A stretch of DNA of 64,000 bases from Chitinophagales bacterium (lineage in GTDB: Bacteria > Bacteroidota > Bacteroidia > Chitinophagales > BACL12). The stretch's first letter is position 1; each line of letters begins with the position of its first letter. A program made the position numbers and the translations under genes. The notes beneath the pieces were generated by a model that saw only the letters and a list, made by a program, of their open reading frames with translations, was not told the DNA's origin and did no database searches. Shown piece by piece: positions 53,663 through 64,000 of the stretch. The DNA lies in contig JACJXO010000002.1 of NCBI GenBank assembly GCA_020636645.1, positions 99,375-163,374 on the forward strand, read 5' to 3'.

Positions 53663-54904
53663 ATGAACAGTTTAGAACTGGTTGAAAGCTTCAGTGAATT
53701 TAAGGACGTCAAGAATATAGACCGTCCCACACTGATGAAAGTGCTGGAAGACATCTTCCGCAGTGTCATTCGTAAGAAGTACGAAACGGATGAGAATTTT
53801 GATGTGATCGTCAACACCGAAAAGGGTGACCTGGAGATCTGGCACAGACGGGAGATCGTTCCCGATGGTGAAGTGGAGAATCCCGCCACCCAGATCGCCC
53901 TCAGCGAAGCCCTCCTGCAGGAGCCGGACTTTCAGGTGGGTGAAGAGACCTATGAGGCGGTCAGCATTGAAAGCTTTGGACGACGTGCCATTCTTACCAT
54001 CCGTCAGACCCTGGTTCAGAAGATCCTCGAACTGGAAAAAGATGAGATCTTTAAGAAATACAATGACCGTGTTGGAGACATCGTGACCGGCGAGGTGTAT
54101 CAGGTTTGGAAAAAAGAAGTTCTCCTGCTTGATGATGATGGAAATGAACTGATCCTGCCCAAAGGAGAAATGATCCCTTCAGATATTTATAAAAAGGGAG
54201 ATACCCTGCGTGCTGTGGTCAAGTCTGTAGAATTCAGAAATAACAGTCCGCTGGTCATCATGAGCCGTACCTCACCGCTTTTCCTGGCCAAGCTGCTGGA
54301 ACAGGAAGTGCCGGAAGTGTTTGATGGTATCATCGTGATACGCAAGATCGTTCGTGCACCCGGCGAACGTGCCAAAGTGGCTGTAGAAAGCTATGATGAC
54401 CGGATCGATCCGGTAGGCGCCTGCGTAGGTATGAAAGGAAGCCGCATACATGGTATTGTGCGTGAACTGCGTAACGAGAATATCGATATCATCAATTTTA
54501 CCAATAACAATTCACTCCTGATACAACGTGCCCTGAGTCCTGCCAGGATCAACAGCATTGAATTGTACAATGATGTCATGAAGGCAGCCGTTTTTCTGGC
54601 CCCTGATCAGGTGTCGCTGGCAATTGGTAAGGGCGGTCTTAACATCAAACTGGCTTGTCAGCTGACCGGGTATGATATTGATGTGTTCCGCGATACAGAT
54701 GAGGAAGAATACGATGTGGATCTGGATGAATTTGCAGATGAAATTGAAGGATGGATCATTGATGAACTTAAGAGCATAGGCTGCGACACCGCCAAAAGCG
54801 TGCTGGAGCTGAGTGTAGATGACCTGGTGAGAAGGGCAGACCTGGAAGAGGAGACCATCCGTGAGGTGATCAAGATCCTGAAAGAGGAGTTTGAAGAAGA
54901 CTGA
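53663..54904 (+). CDS. nusA: Transcription termination/antitermination factor NusA.
   Basis: N-terminal domain, S1 and two KH domains (GACVGMKGSRI). 413 aa. Confidence 0.9.
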   Translation: MNSLELVESFSEFKDVKNIDRPTLMKVLEDIFRSVIRKKYETDENFDVIVNTEKGDLEIWHRREIVPDGEVENPATQIALSEALLQEPDFQVGEETYEAVSIESFGRRAILTIRQTLVQKILELEKDEIFKKYNDRVGDIVTGEVYQVWKKEVLLLDDDGNELILPKGEMIPSDIYKKGDTLRAVVKSVEFRNNSPLVIMSRTSPLFLAKLLEQEVPEVFDGIIVIRKIVRAPGERAKVAVESYDDRIDPVGACVGMKGSRIHGIVRELRNENIDIINFTNNNSLLIQRALSPARINSIELYNDVMKAAVFLAPDQVSLAIGKGGLNIKLACQLTGYDIDVFRDTDEEEYDVDLDEFADEIEGWIIDELKSIGCDTAKSVLELSVDDLVRRADLEEETIREVIKILKEEFEED

Positions 54905-54981
54905 TGATGATCCGCCCGGCACATCATGCTCCACATGATTGCTGAACGGATAATCTTAACTTTGTAACCAATGACCGGGCG

Positions 54982-57711
54982 ATGGTTTCGTGTAATCCAT
55001 CTCCCAAAGTGAATATGCCGGAAGAAAAGACCATAAGAATTGCCGCCGCCTCCCGTGAGTTTAACGTGGGTGTTCAGCACATTGTCGAGTTCCTTCAGGA
55101 GAAGGGATTCGAGGTGGATGCCAAACCCAATACCAAACTCACCCAGGAGATGTACACCCTGCTCATCAAGGAATACTCCAAAGACAAGGTGCTCAAGGAG
55201 AAAGCAGACCAGGTGAACATTGGTGTGGCCAGGCAGTTGGATAAGGAGGAAGCTGAAAAAGTGGAAACGGTAACTGAAGTGCCTCAGGTGGAAGTACCGG
55301 TTGAAGTAATAGCTGAAAAGAAAACGGAAGAAGAGGCACCTAAGCAAACCGAAAAGAAAGAAGAAGAACCTCCGGTTCAGGAAGAACAGCCGGCAGAAGA
55401 AGAGGTCATCAAGGCCCGAAAAGAGAAAGTAGAGATGAAGGTGCTGGGTAAGATTGACCTGGAAAGCACCAGGAAGAAACCAGCCAAAAAGACCACCACC
55501 AAGAAAGAAGAGCCTCCTGTAGTGGAAGAGAAACCGGTAGAAGAACCGGTTGTGAAGAAAGAAGAGCCTGTTGTTGCTAAAAAAGAGACTCCCCCCGAAC
55601 CGGAGATGATCGAGACCAAACGGGTCAAACTGGAAGGTCCGAAGGTGATGGGCAAGATCATCATCAAGGAAGAAAAGAAACCGGAGAAAAAGGCAGACGG
55701 CGACGATAAGAAAAAACGCAAGCGCATACGGAAACCGGAGCGGATCAATGTAGATCGCCACCGCGATACGAATGATCGCCGCGATAACCGCAACAAACCA
55801 CCACTCGATCCGGAAGAGCACCAGCGCCAGATTCAGGAACAGATCCGCAGTACACTGGCCAAACTGGGCACCGGTAAAGGCAAGTCGCAGAAGAGCAAAA
55901 TAAGAAAGCACAAACGGGAAGTTGCCAGAGAAGAACAGGACGGAATGCAGCCTGATTCCAGCATCCTGCAGGTGGCTGAATTCACCTCGCTGTCAGAACT
56001 GGCCAGCCTGATGAACATTGCTCCTACAGAACTTGTACAGAAATGTTTCGACTTGGGTACCATGGTGTCCATCAACCAGCGTCTGGATGCTGAGATCATA
56101 GAGCTGCTGGCTGAAGAATTCGGCTTCCAGGTCAAGTTCATCAACGTACTGGAAGACGACGAAGAAGCGGAAGAAATAGCAGATGCCCCTGAAAGCCTGT
56201 TAACCAGACCGCCCATCGTGACCATCATGGGTCATGTGGACCACGGTAAAACATCTTTGCTGGATTACATTCGTGAGTCTAACGTGGTGGCAGGCGAAAA
56301 AGGTGGTATCACCCAGCACATCGGTGCTTATGAAGTACAGACAGAAGCCGGTCGCCGCATTGCATTCCTGGATACTCCGGGTCACGAAGCCTTCACCGCC
56401 ATGCGGGCAAGGGGTGCCAAACTGACCGATATTGCCATCATTGTGGTAGCAGCTGATGACCAGGTGATGCCGCAAACCAGGGAAGCCATCAGCCACGCAC
56501 AGGCTGCCGGTGTGCCGATGGTCTTTGCCATCAATAAGATAGATAAGCCTACTGCCAATCCTGATAAGATCAAGGAGCAACTGTCGCAATTGAATATTCT
56601 GGTAGAAGACTGGGGCGGAAAGTTCCAGAGTCAGGAGATCTCTGCCAAGAGCGGACTCAACGTAGATGTACTGCTGGAAAAAGTATTGCTGGAAGCAGAC
56701 CTGCTTGACCTGAAGGCCAATCCAGACAAGGAAGCCATAGGTACCATCATTGAAGCATCTCTGGATAAAGGCCGTGGTTACGTGAGCAATATCATGGTGC
56801 AGGAAGGCACACTCAAAGTGGGCGATATGGTTGTGGCAGGTCCATACTTCGGACGTGTCAAAGCCATGTTCAATGAAAGAAACCAAAAGATCGATAAGGC
56901 CGGACCTTCTACACCTTTATTGTTACTCGGTCTGAACGGCGCACCACAGGCGGGCGAACGTTTCAAGATCTATGAAGATGAAGACGAAGCGAAGACTGTT
57001 GCCAACAGAAGGATGCAGATCGTTCGTGAACAGGGTATCCGAACCAAGAAACATATCACTCTGGAAGAGATCGGCCGACGCAAGGCACTGGGTACCTTCC
57101 GTGAACTGAATATCATCATCAAAGCCGATGTGGACGGTTCTGCAGAAGCACTGACAGACAGCCTGATGAAGCTGAGTACACCTGAAGTCCAGGTGAACGT
57201 CATCTTCAAGGGTGTGGGTCAGATCACCGAAAGTGATATCATGCTGGCTTCTGCCTCAGATGCGGTGATCGTGGGCTTCCAGGTGAGACCCTCCAGTGCA
57301 GTGCGTACCCTGGCCGATAAGGAAGGTGTAGAGATCAGGTTGTACTCCATCATCTACAAAGCCATCGAAGAAGTGAAGGATGCCATGGAAGGTCTCCTGG
57401 CACCGAAGGTGGAAGAAAAAGTGACCTGTACAGTGGAGATCCGAGAGACCTTCAAGATCAGCAAGGTGGGTACCATCGCCGGTTGTTATGTGCAGGATGG
57501 CAAGATCACCCGGAATACCCAGGTGCGCATCATCCGCGATGGCATCGTAGTGCATACCGGTACCCTGGCATCCCTCAAACGCTACAAAGACGACGCGAAA
57601 GAAGTCACTGCAGGTATGGAGTGCGGGCTGAACATCAACAACTTCAACGACATCCAGGTAGGTGATATCATCGAAGGATTCGAAGAAGTGGAAGTGAAGC
57701 GGAAGCTCTGA
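54982..57711 (+). CDS. infB: Translation initiation factor IF-2.
   Basis: Lys/Glu-rich N-terminal region and a G domain ([24 protein letters not shown]). 909 aa. The start may be the Met at 55015 (MPEEKT). Confidence 0.9.
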   Translation: MVSCNPSPKVNMPEEKTIRIAAASREFNVGVQHIVEFLQEKGFEVDAKPNTKLTQEMYTLLIKEYSKDKVLKEKADQVNIGVARQLDKEEAEKVETVTEVPQVEVPVEVIAEKKTEEEAPKQTEKKEEEPPVQEEQPAEEEVIKARKEKVEMKVLGKIDLESTRKKPAKKTTTKKEEPPVVEEKPVEEPVVKKEEPVVAKKETPPEPEMIETKRVKLEGPKVMGKIIIKEEKKPEKKADGDDKKKRKRIRKPERINVDRHRDTNDRRDNRNKPPLDPEEHQRQIQEQIRSTLAKLGTGKGKSQKSKIRKHKREVAREEQDGMQPDSSILQVAEFTSLSELASLMNIAPTELVQKCFDLGTMVSINQRLDAEIIELLAEEFGFQVKFINVLEDDEEAEEIADAPESLLTRPPIVTIMGHVDHGKTSLLDYIRESNVVAGEKGGITQHIGAYEVQTEAGRRIAFLDTPGHEAFTAMRARGAKLTDIAIIVVAADDQVMPQTREAISHAQAAGVPMVFAINKIDKPTANPDKIKEQLSQLNILVEDWGGKFQSQEISAKSGLNVDVLLEKVLLEADLLDLKANPDKEAIGTIIEASLDKGRGYVSNIMVQEGTLKVGDMVVAGPYFGRVKAMFNERNQKIDKAGPSTPLLLLGLNGAPQAGERFKIYEDEDEAKTVANRRMQIVREQGIRTKKHITLEEIGRRKALGTFRELNIIIKADVDGSAEALTDSLMKLSTPEVQVNVIFKGVGQITESDIMLASASDAVIVGFQVRPSSAVRTLADKEGVEIRLYSIIYKAIEEVKDAMEGLLAPKVEEKVTCTVEIRETFKISKVGTIAGCYVQDGKITRNTQVRIIRDGIVVHTGTLASLKRYKDDAKEVTAGMECGLNINNFNDIQVGDIIEGFEEVEVKRKL

Positions 57712-57866
57712 TAATCAGCGTACCAGCTGATGCAAAACGCCGCACAAGTTGGGCTGGTCATATTGCTGTCTGCCAGAATCTGCCGGACGTAATGAGGTGA
57801 GCGGAATAGTAAGTGGATTTCTGAATGTTCCTGGTATAAGTGTCTGCTGTTCGCTAATTACCGAAT

Positions 57867-57958
57867 TTTCTCATTCTCTCATTTTCACATTTCCCCATTC
57901 TCACATTTCCCCATTTCCCCATTTTCACATTTCTCACATTCTCACATTTTCTCATTTC
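57867..57958. repeat. Degenerate 8-bp microsatellite (ATTTYCMC) x about 11 in the convergent intergenic region between infB and the SDR gene.
   Basis: ttctcattctctcattttcacatttccccattctcacatttccccatttccccattttcacatttctcacattctcacattttctcatttcaag. Confidence 0.75.
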
Positions 57959-58632
57959 AAGTCCCGTCTTTCTGCCAGCACCAGTATGTCTGCCGGTGTG
58001 ATGATCGGTTTGTCATAGCCGTTCGCCGTTACTTCTGCCATGGCCTTACCGATCTGATCCGTATCTACCACTGATTTCGGCGACAGCCACTTGATCAGGT
58101 GTATGAGCCAGGTGAAGTATCTGACAAAAAAGCGATACAGTTTGCTGCTGGGTAGTATGCCACGACGGGGAATGATAGCTCCGGGCCGGAACATGAAAGC
58201 CTGGCGGAATCCCATTTTCAACAGGTCATTTTCGGTCTTCCCTTTTACCCTGGCCCACATGATACGGCCCTGTTCCGTGCTGTCTGTTCCCTGCCCCGAC
58301 ACATAGGTGAAAGTGGCCTGCGGGTTGTGGCGGTGTACTTCTTTTGCCAGCGCCATACTCATATCATAAGTGAACTTTTTGAAATCGGCTTCCTGCATAC
58401 CTGCTGAACTTACACCCATGCAGTGGAAGCAGGCATCATAACCGGCAAGCTGTGCTGATACCGGTGCAAAGTCCAGGAAATTGTCGTGCAGCAGCTCCTT
58501 GAGTTTGGGGTGTTGAATGCCGGCAGATCTTCTGGATACAGAAAGAACTTCTGTGACCATCGGGTCATCAAGACATTCCAGCAATACACCTTTTCCTACC
58601 ATGCCGGTAGCTCCAGTTACAATGATTTTCAT
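57952..58632 (-). CDS. NAD(P)H-binding SDR-family oxidoreductase (atypical SDR).
   Basis: MKIIVTGATGMVGKGV Rossmann motif. 226 aa. Confidence 0.7.
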   Translation of the reverse strand: MKIIVTGATGMVGKGVLLECLDDPMVTEVLSVSRRSAGIQHPKLKELLHDNFLDFAPVSAQLAGYDACFHCMGVSSAGMQEADFKKFTYDMSMALAKEVHRHNPQATFTYVSGQGTDSTEQGRIMWARVKGKTENDLLKMGFRQAFMFRPGAIIPRRGILPSSKLYRFFVRYFTWLIHLIKWLSPKSVVDTDQIGKAMAEVTANGYDKPIITPADILVLAERRDLK

Positions 58633-58637
58633 AGTTC

Positions 58638-60155
58638 TTATTTATGTACAATGACGAGTAGCTCTTCCAGGTATTTCCTGTCGTTGCTAAGTCGGGGCAC
58701 CTTGTGTTGTCCGCCCAGTTTTCCGCGGCTGCGCATCCATTCATAAAAAGTGCCTGTGGGTGCTATATGTACCAGCGGCATGACCAGTGCCATGTCTTTG
58801 TGCCGCTTGGCTTCATAGTCGCTGTTGAGGCTCTTCAGGGTACTGTCCAGTACTTCAGTGAACCTGCTCAGATCGTCCGGTTCCTGTTCGAATTCGATGA
58901 TCCATTCATGACCGCCCTTACCATCGCCGCCTGCCATATAAACTGGTCCGGCAGTGTATTCCTTCATGACAGCATGTGTGGCACTGCAGGCTTCGTCGAT
59001 GGCCTTGTCTGAATTGTCAACTATGACCTCTTCGCCAAAGGCATTGATGAAATGTTTGACTCGTCCGGATATCTGGATGCGGTGCGGGAAGAGCGTAGTG
59101 AAACGAACGGTATCGCCCAGTTTGTATCGCCATAAACCGCAGTTGGTTGAAATGACCACTGCATAATTTTTTCCGGCTTCCACGTCCTGCCATCCTACGG
59201 TTTGCGGGTCTTCCTGCTCAAATTCTTCTGCGGGAATGAACTCATAATAAATGCCATAGTCAGGCATGAGGAGCATGTCATCAGCATCAGCCCGGTCCTG
59301 GAAGGCAAAGAAACCTTCGCTGGCATTATAGGTCTCCATGTAGTGCATGCCTTCGCCGCGAATGAGCTGGTGGAACTGTTCGCGATAGGGGCGGAAGCTC
59401 ACGCCGCCGTGTATATATAACTCCAGATTAGGCCAGATATCACGCAGGTTGTCTGTGCCTTTCATCTCGAACAGGCGACGGATAAGTACGATGGTCCAGG
59501 TGGGTACACCGGCAATATGGGTGACGTTCTGGTTGACCGTATGTTCGGCCATCTTCTCGATCTTTTCTTCCCATTCGCTCATCAGGGCGATAGAGAGTTT
59601 CGGGGTCTTTACCAGTTGGCCGAAGATGGGCATGTTCTGCATCATGACCGCACTCACATCGCCGTATTTGGAATGCTCATTGAGTTGATTCACCTGGTGG
59701 CTGCCACCCATGATGAGTCCTTTTCCGGAAAACAGTTTGGATTCCGGATGCAGGTTCAGGTAGGTGGCCAGCAGATCGCGACCACCCTGGTAATGGCAAC
59801 TGTCCAGAGCTTCCTTGCTTACAGGAATGAATTTGCTCTTATCACTGGTGGTACCACTTGATTTCGCGAACCAGGAAATGGTGGATGGCCAGAGCAGATT
59901 CTGTTCGCCGTTCATGACCCGTTCTATCCACGGTTTCAGCGTGTCATAGTCCTGCACCGGCAGTCGTTTTTTCAGGTCTTCCGGTTGCTGGACACCTGCA
60001 AAGTCATGGGTCTTGCCGAACTCAGTATCACGGGCTTCCTGCATCAGATAGCGGAACACGGCCTCCTGGGTTTCCACCGGCCGGGTGGTTACCTGTTCTA
60101 TGCGGCTGATCTCTCGTTTGAAATACCAGCTGGCAACGGAATGTAGCAGGTTCAT
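58638..60155 (-). CDS. GH3 auxin-responsive-promoter family protein (acyl-acid amido synthetase-like, ANL superfamily).
   Basis: FAKSSGTTSDKSKFIPVS adenylation motif. About 505 aa, typical of bacterial GH3-family proteins. Confidence 0.7.
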   Translation of the reverse strand: MNLLHSVASWYFKREISRIEQVTTRPVETQEAVFRYLMQEARDTEFGKTHDFAGVQQPEDLKKRLPVQDYDTLKPWIERVMNGEQNLLWPSTISWFAKSSGTTSDKSKFIPVSKEALDSCHYQGGRDLLATYLNLHPESKLFSGKGLIMGGSHQVNQLNEHSKYGDVSAVMMQNMPIFGQLVKTPKLSIALMSEWEEKIEKMAEHTVNQNVTHIAGVPTWTIVLIRRLFEMKGTDNLRDIWPNLELYIHGGVSFRPYREQFHQLIRGEGMHYMETYNASEGFFAFQDRADADDMLLMPDYGIYYEFIPAEEFEQEDPQTVGWQDVEAGKNYAVVISTNCGLWRYKLGDTVRFTTLFPHRIQISGRVKHFINAFGEEVIVDNSDKAIDEACSATHAVMKEYTAGPVYMAGGDGKGGHEWIIEFEQEPDDLSRFTEVLDSTLKSLNSDYEAKRHKDMALVMPLVHIAPTGTFYEWMRSRGKLGGQHKVPRLSNDRKYLEELLVIVHK

Positions 60156-60186
60156 AGAGTGGCTGCAATAGGTTGAGGCAATGTGC

Positions 60187-60876
60187 TTATTTGTTGAACC
60201 GGGTCAGCACGGTTGATCCCTGCAGCTTACCCTTATCATCGTAGCTTTCGGTTTTTACAACCCCTACTCCGGGTGCATACCAGCTTACACTCCTGGCACG
60301 TATCCTGAAGATCATCTTAACTTCGGTTGACTCAGAATACCGCATACATTCAAAAGTACCTGCCGGAGTGGTAACGGATTCAAATCCTTCTATCAGTCTG
60401 TCTGTTACCAGTAATGTGATCGTCATCATAGGAGTGCCGTTCACCAGTGCAGCGATCTGCATATTACCATCGGGCAATTGCTGGCCGGCTTTCGGATTCC
60501 GGGGGAACTCCATGAATTCGCCGGTTATTTCTGCTTCCATTTCGCTGATGGATTCGACGACATCAGGAGGTATCATATTAGACATATCCACATAAAAACC
60601 TTCCTCTTTGCATTGCAGCAAGTAATCTCCGGTCATGGCTTCCTTGTCTTTATCGTCAAAAAGCTTTGTAGCGAAGATCGCTTCCAGACCGCCGTCTATA
60701 TCGTGTATCTCTGTAATGGTTTGTTCCTGTCTGCCTGTCAGCTTTCCTTTTTTGTCATAATTGGTGTATTCCATGCTGGTACCTTCCCTGAAAGGGAAAT
60801 ACCCGTCGCAGTCCATTTGTGCAAACAGCGTTGCGGCAGACAATAGTATGGTAGCAAACAAAATGAATCTTCTCAT
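60187..60876 (-). CDS. Secreted hypothetical protein (paralog pair A).
   Basis: Signal peptide. Lys/Asp-rich beta-rich sequence. Similar length and composition to 60888..61547. Confidence 0.45.
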   Translation of the reverse strand: MRRFILFATILLSAATLFAQMDCDGYFPFREGTSMEYTNYDKKGKLTGRQEQTITEIHDIDGGLEAIFATKLFDDKDKEAMTGDYLLQCKEEGFYVDMSNMIPPDVVESISEMEAEITGEFMEFPRNPKAGQQLPDGNMQIAALVNGTPMMTITLLVTDRLIEGFESVTTPAGTFECMRYSESTEVKMIFRIRARSVSWYAPGVGVVKTESYDDKGKLQGSTVLTRFNK

Positions 60877-60887
60877 GATACGGATTT

Positions 60888-61547
60888 TCAGGGTTTGTTA
60901 TAGCTGGTCATCATGCCGGTAAAGGCAAGTTTTCCTTTCTTATCGTAGATCTCTCTTTTTACAGTTCGCAGATCAGCATCTATCCAGTCTTTGTAGGTAA
61001 ATTCCTGCAGGTCCAGGCTGACCGTATAGTTCAGCACAATGCAATCAAGTTCTCCCAGTGGTGTAGTGATGGTTTCCCGGTTACCGTATTTGCCATCGGT
61101 AATATTGATCTTGTTGGATATATAGCTTTTCTGCCCGAGGTTTTCCACGGTATAGGTGCTTACCTTGCGCACATCACCTACTGCATCGCCGGGATTGGGG
61201 CTGCACGGAAGGCTTATGTTAGTGGGTTTGTCACTCTTATAATCAGGGATCATTGTTTCTGCATTCACAAGATACAGATCGCCGGCAGTGATGATGTTTC
61301 TGTTTCCCTTGTCTTCTTCTTTGCCTTTTTTATTAAGGGTCACATACCTGATGGCATACACCATACGCTCTTCTTCATCGTATATTTCATCTACTTTATA
61401 CTGATAGGTCTTGTACATGGCACCTTTGTCATCGTTCACCACGAACTCCCAGGTCACTCCTTCTGCATAGGTAGAAGCAATGATATCACAAGCCTGAGGT
61501 TGCGGGTTACAAAGCAATCCCATCATAAGTAAGAATGTTTGCAGCAT
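60888..61547 (-). CDS. Secreted hypothetical protein (paralog pair B).
   Basis: Signal peptide. YDKKGKL motif shared with the upstream paralog. Confidence 0.45.
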   Translation of the reverse strand: MLQTFLLMMGLLCNPQPQACDIIASTYAEGVTWEFVVNDDKGAMYKTYQYKVDEIYDEEERMVYAIRYVTLNKKGKEEDKGNRNIITAGDLYLVNAETMIPDYKSDKPTNISLPCSPNPGDAVGDVRKVSTYTVENLGQKSYISNKINITDGKYGNRETITTPLGELDCIVLNYTVSLDLQEFTYKDWIDADLRTVKREIYDKKGKLAFTGMMTSYNKP

Positions 61548-61572
61548 ACTGGTTGTTTGTTGTTAAAGGTAA

Positions 61573-64000
61573 TCAATTTCGGAGGTCCAGCCTGATCTTT
61601 TCCAGCAGTTTGCGGGCGTGTTCCATGCCATGAACCTGGTCCATGGCCAGGAGCAGGTGCCTGCTTGTCTGTTTCATATGCAGGGTAGCTTTCTGGCTGG
61701 CAATGTATTGCAGGAAGCGCTGAAAGAAAGCTGTTTCATAGTAAGCAGCATCCTGATTTTCGGGGAAATAGCAACGCAGTTTGCGCAGCTTGAAGATGAT
61801 GCGTTCAAAACCAAGGTCTTTTGCCACCCAACGCAGCCTGATGGCCTGAAACAGTTCATCTACCTGCGGTGGTATCCTGCCAAAACGATCCTGCAGCTCC
61901 TGCCTGAATGCCTCCAGTTCCTGTTCGTTGCGCACATTGTCAAGACGGGTGTACATGGCCATGCGTTCGGCAATATTGTTGATATAATCATCAGGTATCA
62001 GCATCTCCAGATCAGAATCGATCTGTACATCCTGAACAAAATCCATCTGTTCTTCTATTTCTTCCCTGAAGACCTCACGGAATTCATTTTGCTTGAGTTC
62101 GCGGATGGCTTCGTCCAGGATCTTGTGGTAAGTATCATACCCGATGTCTGTAATGAAGCCACTCTGTTCTGCGCCCAGCAGGTTGCCGGCACCACGGATA
62201 TCGAGATCACGCATGGCAATATGAAAACCGCTGCCCAGTTCTGCGAATTGTTCGATGGTGCGCAAACGCTTTTTGGAATCATCCGGCAGGGTGTATAAGG
62301 CCGGTGCTATCAGATAACAGTATGCTTTCCTGTTTGATCTGCCCACTCTGCCACGTAGCTGGTGCAGGTCGCTCAGACCGAAAAAATGGGCGTTGTTGAT
62401 GATGATGGTATTGGCATTGGGAATGTCCAGTCCGCTTTCTACAATATTGGTACATACCAGCACATCATATTCTTTATCAATGAAGCGCAGCATGTGTTCT
62501 TCCAGTTCTTCGCCTTCCATTTGCCCATGTGCTACACCTACACTAACATCCGGACATACCTGACGTATCAGCCTGGCTATCTCTTCAATATCACGCACAC
62601 GATTGTGTATAAAATACACCTGTCCGTTGCGATAGATCTCAAAGTAGATGGCATCGCGGATGAACTCTGCATCGAAGGTCTTGAGTTCTGTGGTGACCGG
62701 TTGTCTGTTAGGTGGTGGTGTATTGATGATGCTGAGGTCGCGGGCACCCATCAGCGAGAACTGCAGGGTGCGGGGGATGGGAGTGGCGGTCAGCGTCAGC
62801 GTATCTACCTGAGCCTTCAGGTTGCGCAGTTTTTCTTTGGCAGCCACTCCGAATTTCTGTTCTTCATCCAGAATGAGCAGACCCAGTTCCTTGTACTGCA
62901 CCGACTTCCCGATGATGGAATGGGTGCCGATGATGATATCAGTTCTTCCATCTTTCAATGCCTCCAGTGTGGCCTTTTTTTCTTTGGCAGATTTGAAGCG
63001 ATTGAGGTAATCAATGTTGCAGGGAAAATCTTTCAGTCGTTCAGAGAATGTGCGGTAGTGTTGTGAAGCAAGGATAGTGGTAGGTACAAGCACTGCTACC
63101 TGTTTGCCATCGGTCACTGCCTTGAATGCAGCACGTATGGCTATTTCCGTTTTGCCGAAGCCTACATCGCCGCACACGAGTCTGTCCATCGGATAAGATT
63201 TTTCCATATCCTTCTTTACATCAGCAGTGGCCTTTTCCTGATCGGGTGTGTCTTCATAAATGAAAGACGCTTCCAGTTCATTCTGGAGATAACTATCGGC
63301 AGAAAATGCAAAACCTTTTGAGGCCCGGCGCTTGGCATACAGTGCTATCAGATCTTTGGCAATGTCTTTGACCTGCTTGCGTGTTTTCCGCTTCAGATTT
63401 TCCCACGCATCACTTCCCAGCTTGTTGAGTTTGGGTGGCGTGCCATCCTTCCCGCTGAACTTGCTGATCTTATGCAGGCTGTTGATGTTTACATACAACA
63501 GATCTCCGTCTTTGTATTTTAACCTCACCGCTTCCTGTATCTTGCCACCCACATCCAGTTTTTCCAGGCCTGCATAAACGCCCACACCATGATCGATGTG
63601 TGTAACATAATCTCCCGGCTGTAGCTGCAGCAGCTCTTTGATGCTGATGGCTTCTTTGCGGGCAAAGCCGCTGCGCACCTGCGATTTATGGAAACGTTCA
63701 AAGATCTGATGGTCTGTGTAGCAAAGCAGTTTGTTTTGCCTGTCAATAAAACCGCCGCTCAGGCTTCCCAGCAGAACCACATACGGAAAGGTGGCTTTCA
63801 GGTCGCCGAAGATCTGATAGAACCGTTCTGCCTGCCGGGCATGTGATACAAAGATGACGATATCGAGACCCTGCCGGTGATGGTCTTCCAGGTCTTTCAG
63901 CAACAGGTTGAAATTCTTGTTGAATACCGGTTGGGGTGTGGCATCGCTGTCTATAGAGATGGCATGCTGCAGATGACTGTGCAGACCAAATTCCAGCAGA
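61573..64000 (-). CDS. mfd: Transcription-repair coupling factor Mfd, partial (N-terminus runs off the window end).
   Basis: SF2 helicase motifs (GDVGFGKTE, DEEQKFG), a CarD/TRCF domain and a TRG motif. The frame continues open beyond 63903 to the window edge. Confidence 0.85.
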   Translation of the reverse strand, partial: LLEFGLHSHLQHAISIDSDATPQPVFNKNFNLLLKDLEDHHRQGLDIVIFVSHARQAERFYQIFGDLKATFPYVVLLGSLSGGFIDRQNKLLCYTDHQIFERFHKSQVRSGFARKEAISIKELLQLQPGDYVTHIDHGVGVYAGLEKLDVGGKIQEAVRLKYKDGDLLYVNINSLHKISKFSGKDGTPPKLNKLGSDAWENLKRKTRKQVKDIAKDLIALYAKRRASKGFAFSADSYLQNELEASFIYEDTPDQEKATADVKKDMEKSYPMDRLVCGDVGFGKTEIAIRAAFKAVTDGKQVAVLVPTTILASQHYRTFSERLKDFPCNIDYLNRFKSAKEKKATLEALKDGRTDIIIGTHSIIGKSVQYKELGLLILDEEQKFGVAAKEKLRNLKAQVDTLTLTATPIPRTLQFSLMGARDLSIINTPPPNRQPVTTELKTFDAEFIRDAIYFEIYRNGQVYFIHNRVRDIEEIARLIRQVCPDVSVGVAHGQMEGEELEEHMLRFIDKEYDVLVCTNIVESGLDIPNANTIIINNAHFFGLSDLHQLRGRVGRSNRKAYCYLIAPALYTLPDDSKKRLRTIEQFAELGSGFHIAMRDLDIRGAGNLLGAEQSGFITDIGYDTYHKILDEAIRELKQNEFREVFREEIEEQMDFVQDVQIDSDLEMLIPDDYINNIAERMAMYTRLDNVRNEQELEAFRQELQDRFGRIPPQVDELFQAIRLRWVAKDLGFERIIFKLRKLRCYFPENQDAAYYETAFFQRFLQYIASQKATLHMKQTSRHLLLAMDQVHGMEHARKLLEKIRLDLRN

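Noticed and set aside
54658-55911. 417-aa minus-strand ORF rich in F/L/R.
   Set aside because: It is antisense to the Lys/Glu-rich N-terminal region of infB, a low-complexity artefact.
57867-57958. Possible CRISPR array.
   Set aside because: The repeat unit is only 8 bp with no spacers, and there are no cas genes. It is a microsatellite, not a CRISPR.
57749-58018. 89-aa plus-strand ORF (FSHSLIFTFPHSHISPFPHFHISH...).
   Set aside because: It is a translation of the 8-bp microsatellite and overlaps the end of the SDR gene.

Overview
This 64-kb window looks like a Bacteroidota chromosome (about 52% GC, many T9SS C-terminal sorting domains, a rimP-nusA-infB operon), possibly Saprospiraceae/Chitinophagia-like. 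All calls below come from reading the sequence and translations by hand; no searches were run.

(1) Positions 1-14740 hold a co-directional minus-strand carbohydrate-utilisation array. It contains GH16, GH30, two paralogous clan GH-A hydrolases, an MFS sugar porter, two large outer-membrane beta-barrels ending in Phe, and two SGBP-like proteins. There is no SusC/SusD. A NUDIX/NrtR-family regulator heads the array. GT-N7-AC palindromes sit in the divergent promoter and in one of the two internal gaps; the other gap carries only a half-site plus an adjacent 24-bp perfect palindrome.

(2) Diverging from that regulator, at 14911-20051, are three tandem genes for T9SS-secreted proteins. They are built from nine copies of a roughly 112-aa six-cysteine repeat (WCGGC...YEYKF...VCWGSC), one CBM-like insert and an Fn3 domain. 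Each gene has its own terminator. This is the most unusual element in the window.

(3) Positions 20100-26050 are an AT-rich island next to an anomalous tRNA. It carries an orphan gene fragment, a NYN/PIN-like nuclease, a frameshifted IS1595 transposase, a HEPN/Abi-like protein and a large AT-rich T9SS substrate.

(4) Positions 26115-44284 are housekeeping genes: kynU, a DinB-family gene, kmo, NfeD and flotillin, an S8 peptidase, recJ, lptB, scpA, recQ, manC.

(5) Positions 44472-47931 hold two tail-fibre-like surface proteins. One has a peptidase-S74 intramolecular-chaperone domain plus a T9SS CTD. The other has a Gly-rich C-terminal half and a C12 homopolymer inside codons 9-12, which makes it a phase-variation candidate. 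The pair is bracketed by a shared roughly 25-nt direct-repeat motif.

(6) Positions 48319-64000 are housekeeping: aminotransferase and omega-amidase, a secreted tail-collar protein, an SPFH protein, rimP-nusA-infB, an 8-bp microsatellite, an SDR, a GH3-family ligase-like gene, two paralogous secreted proteins, and a partial mfd.
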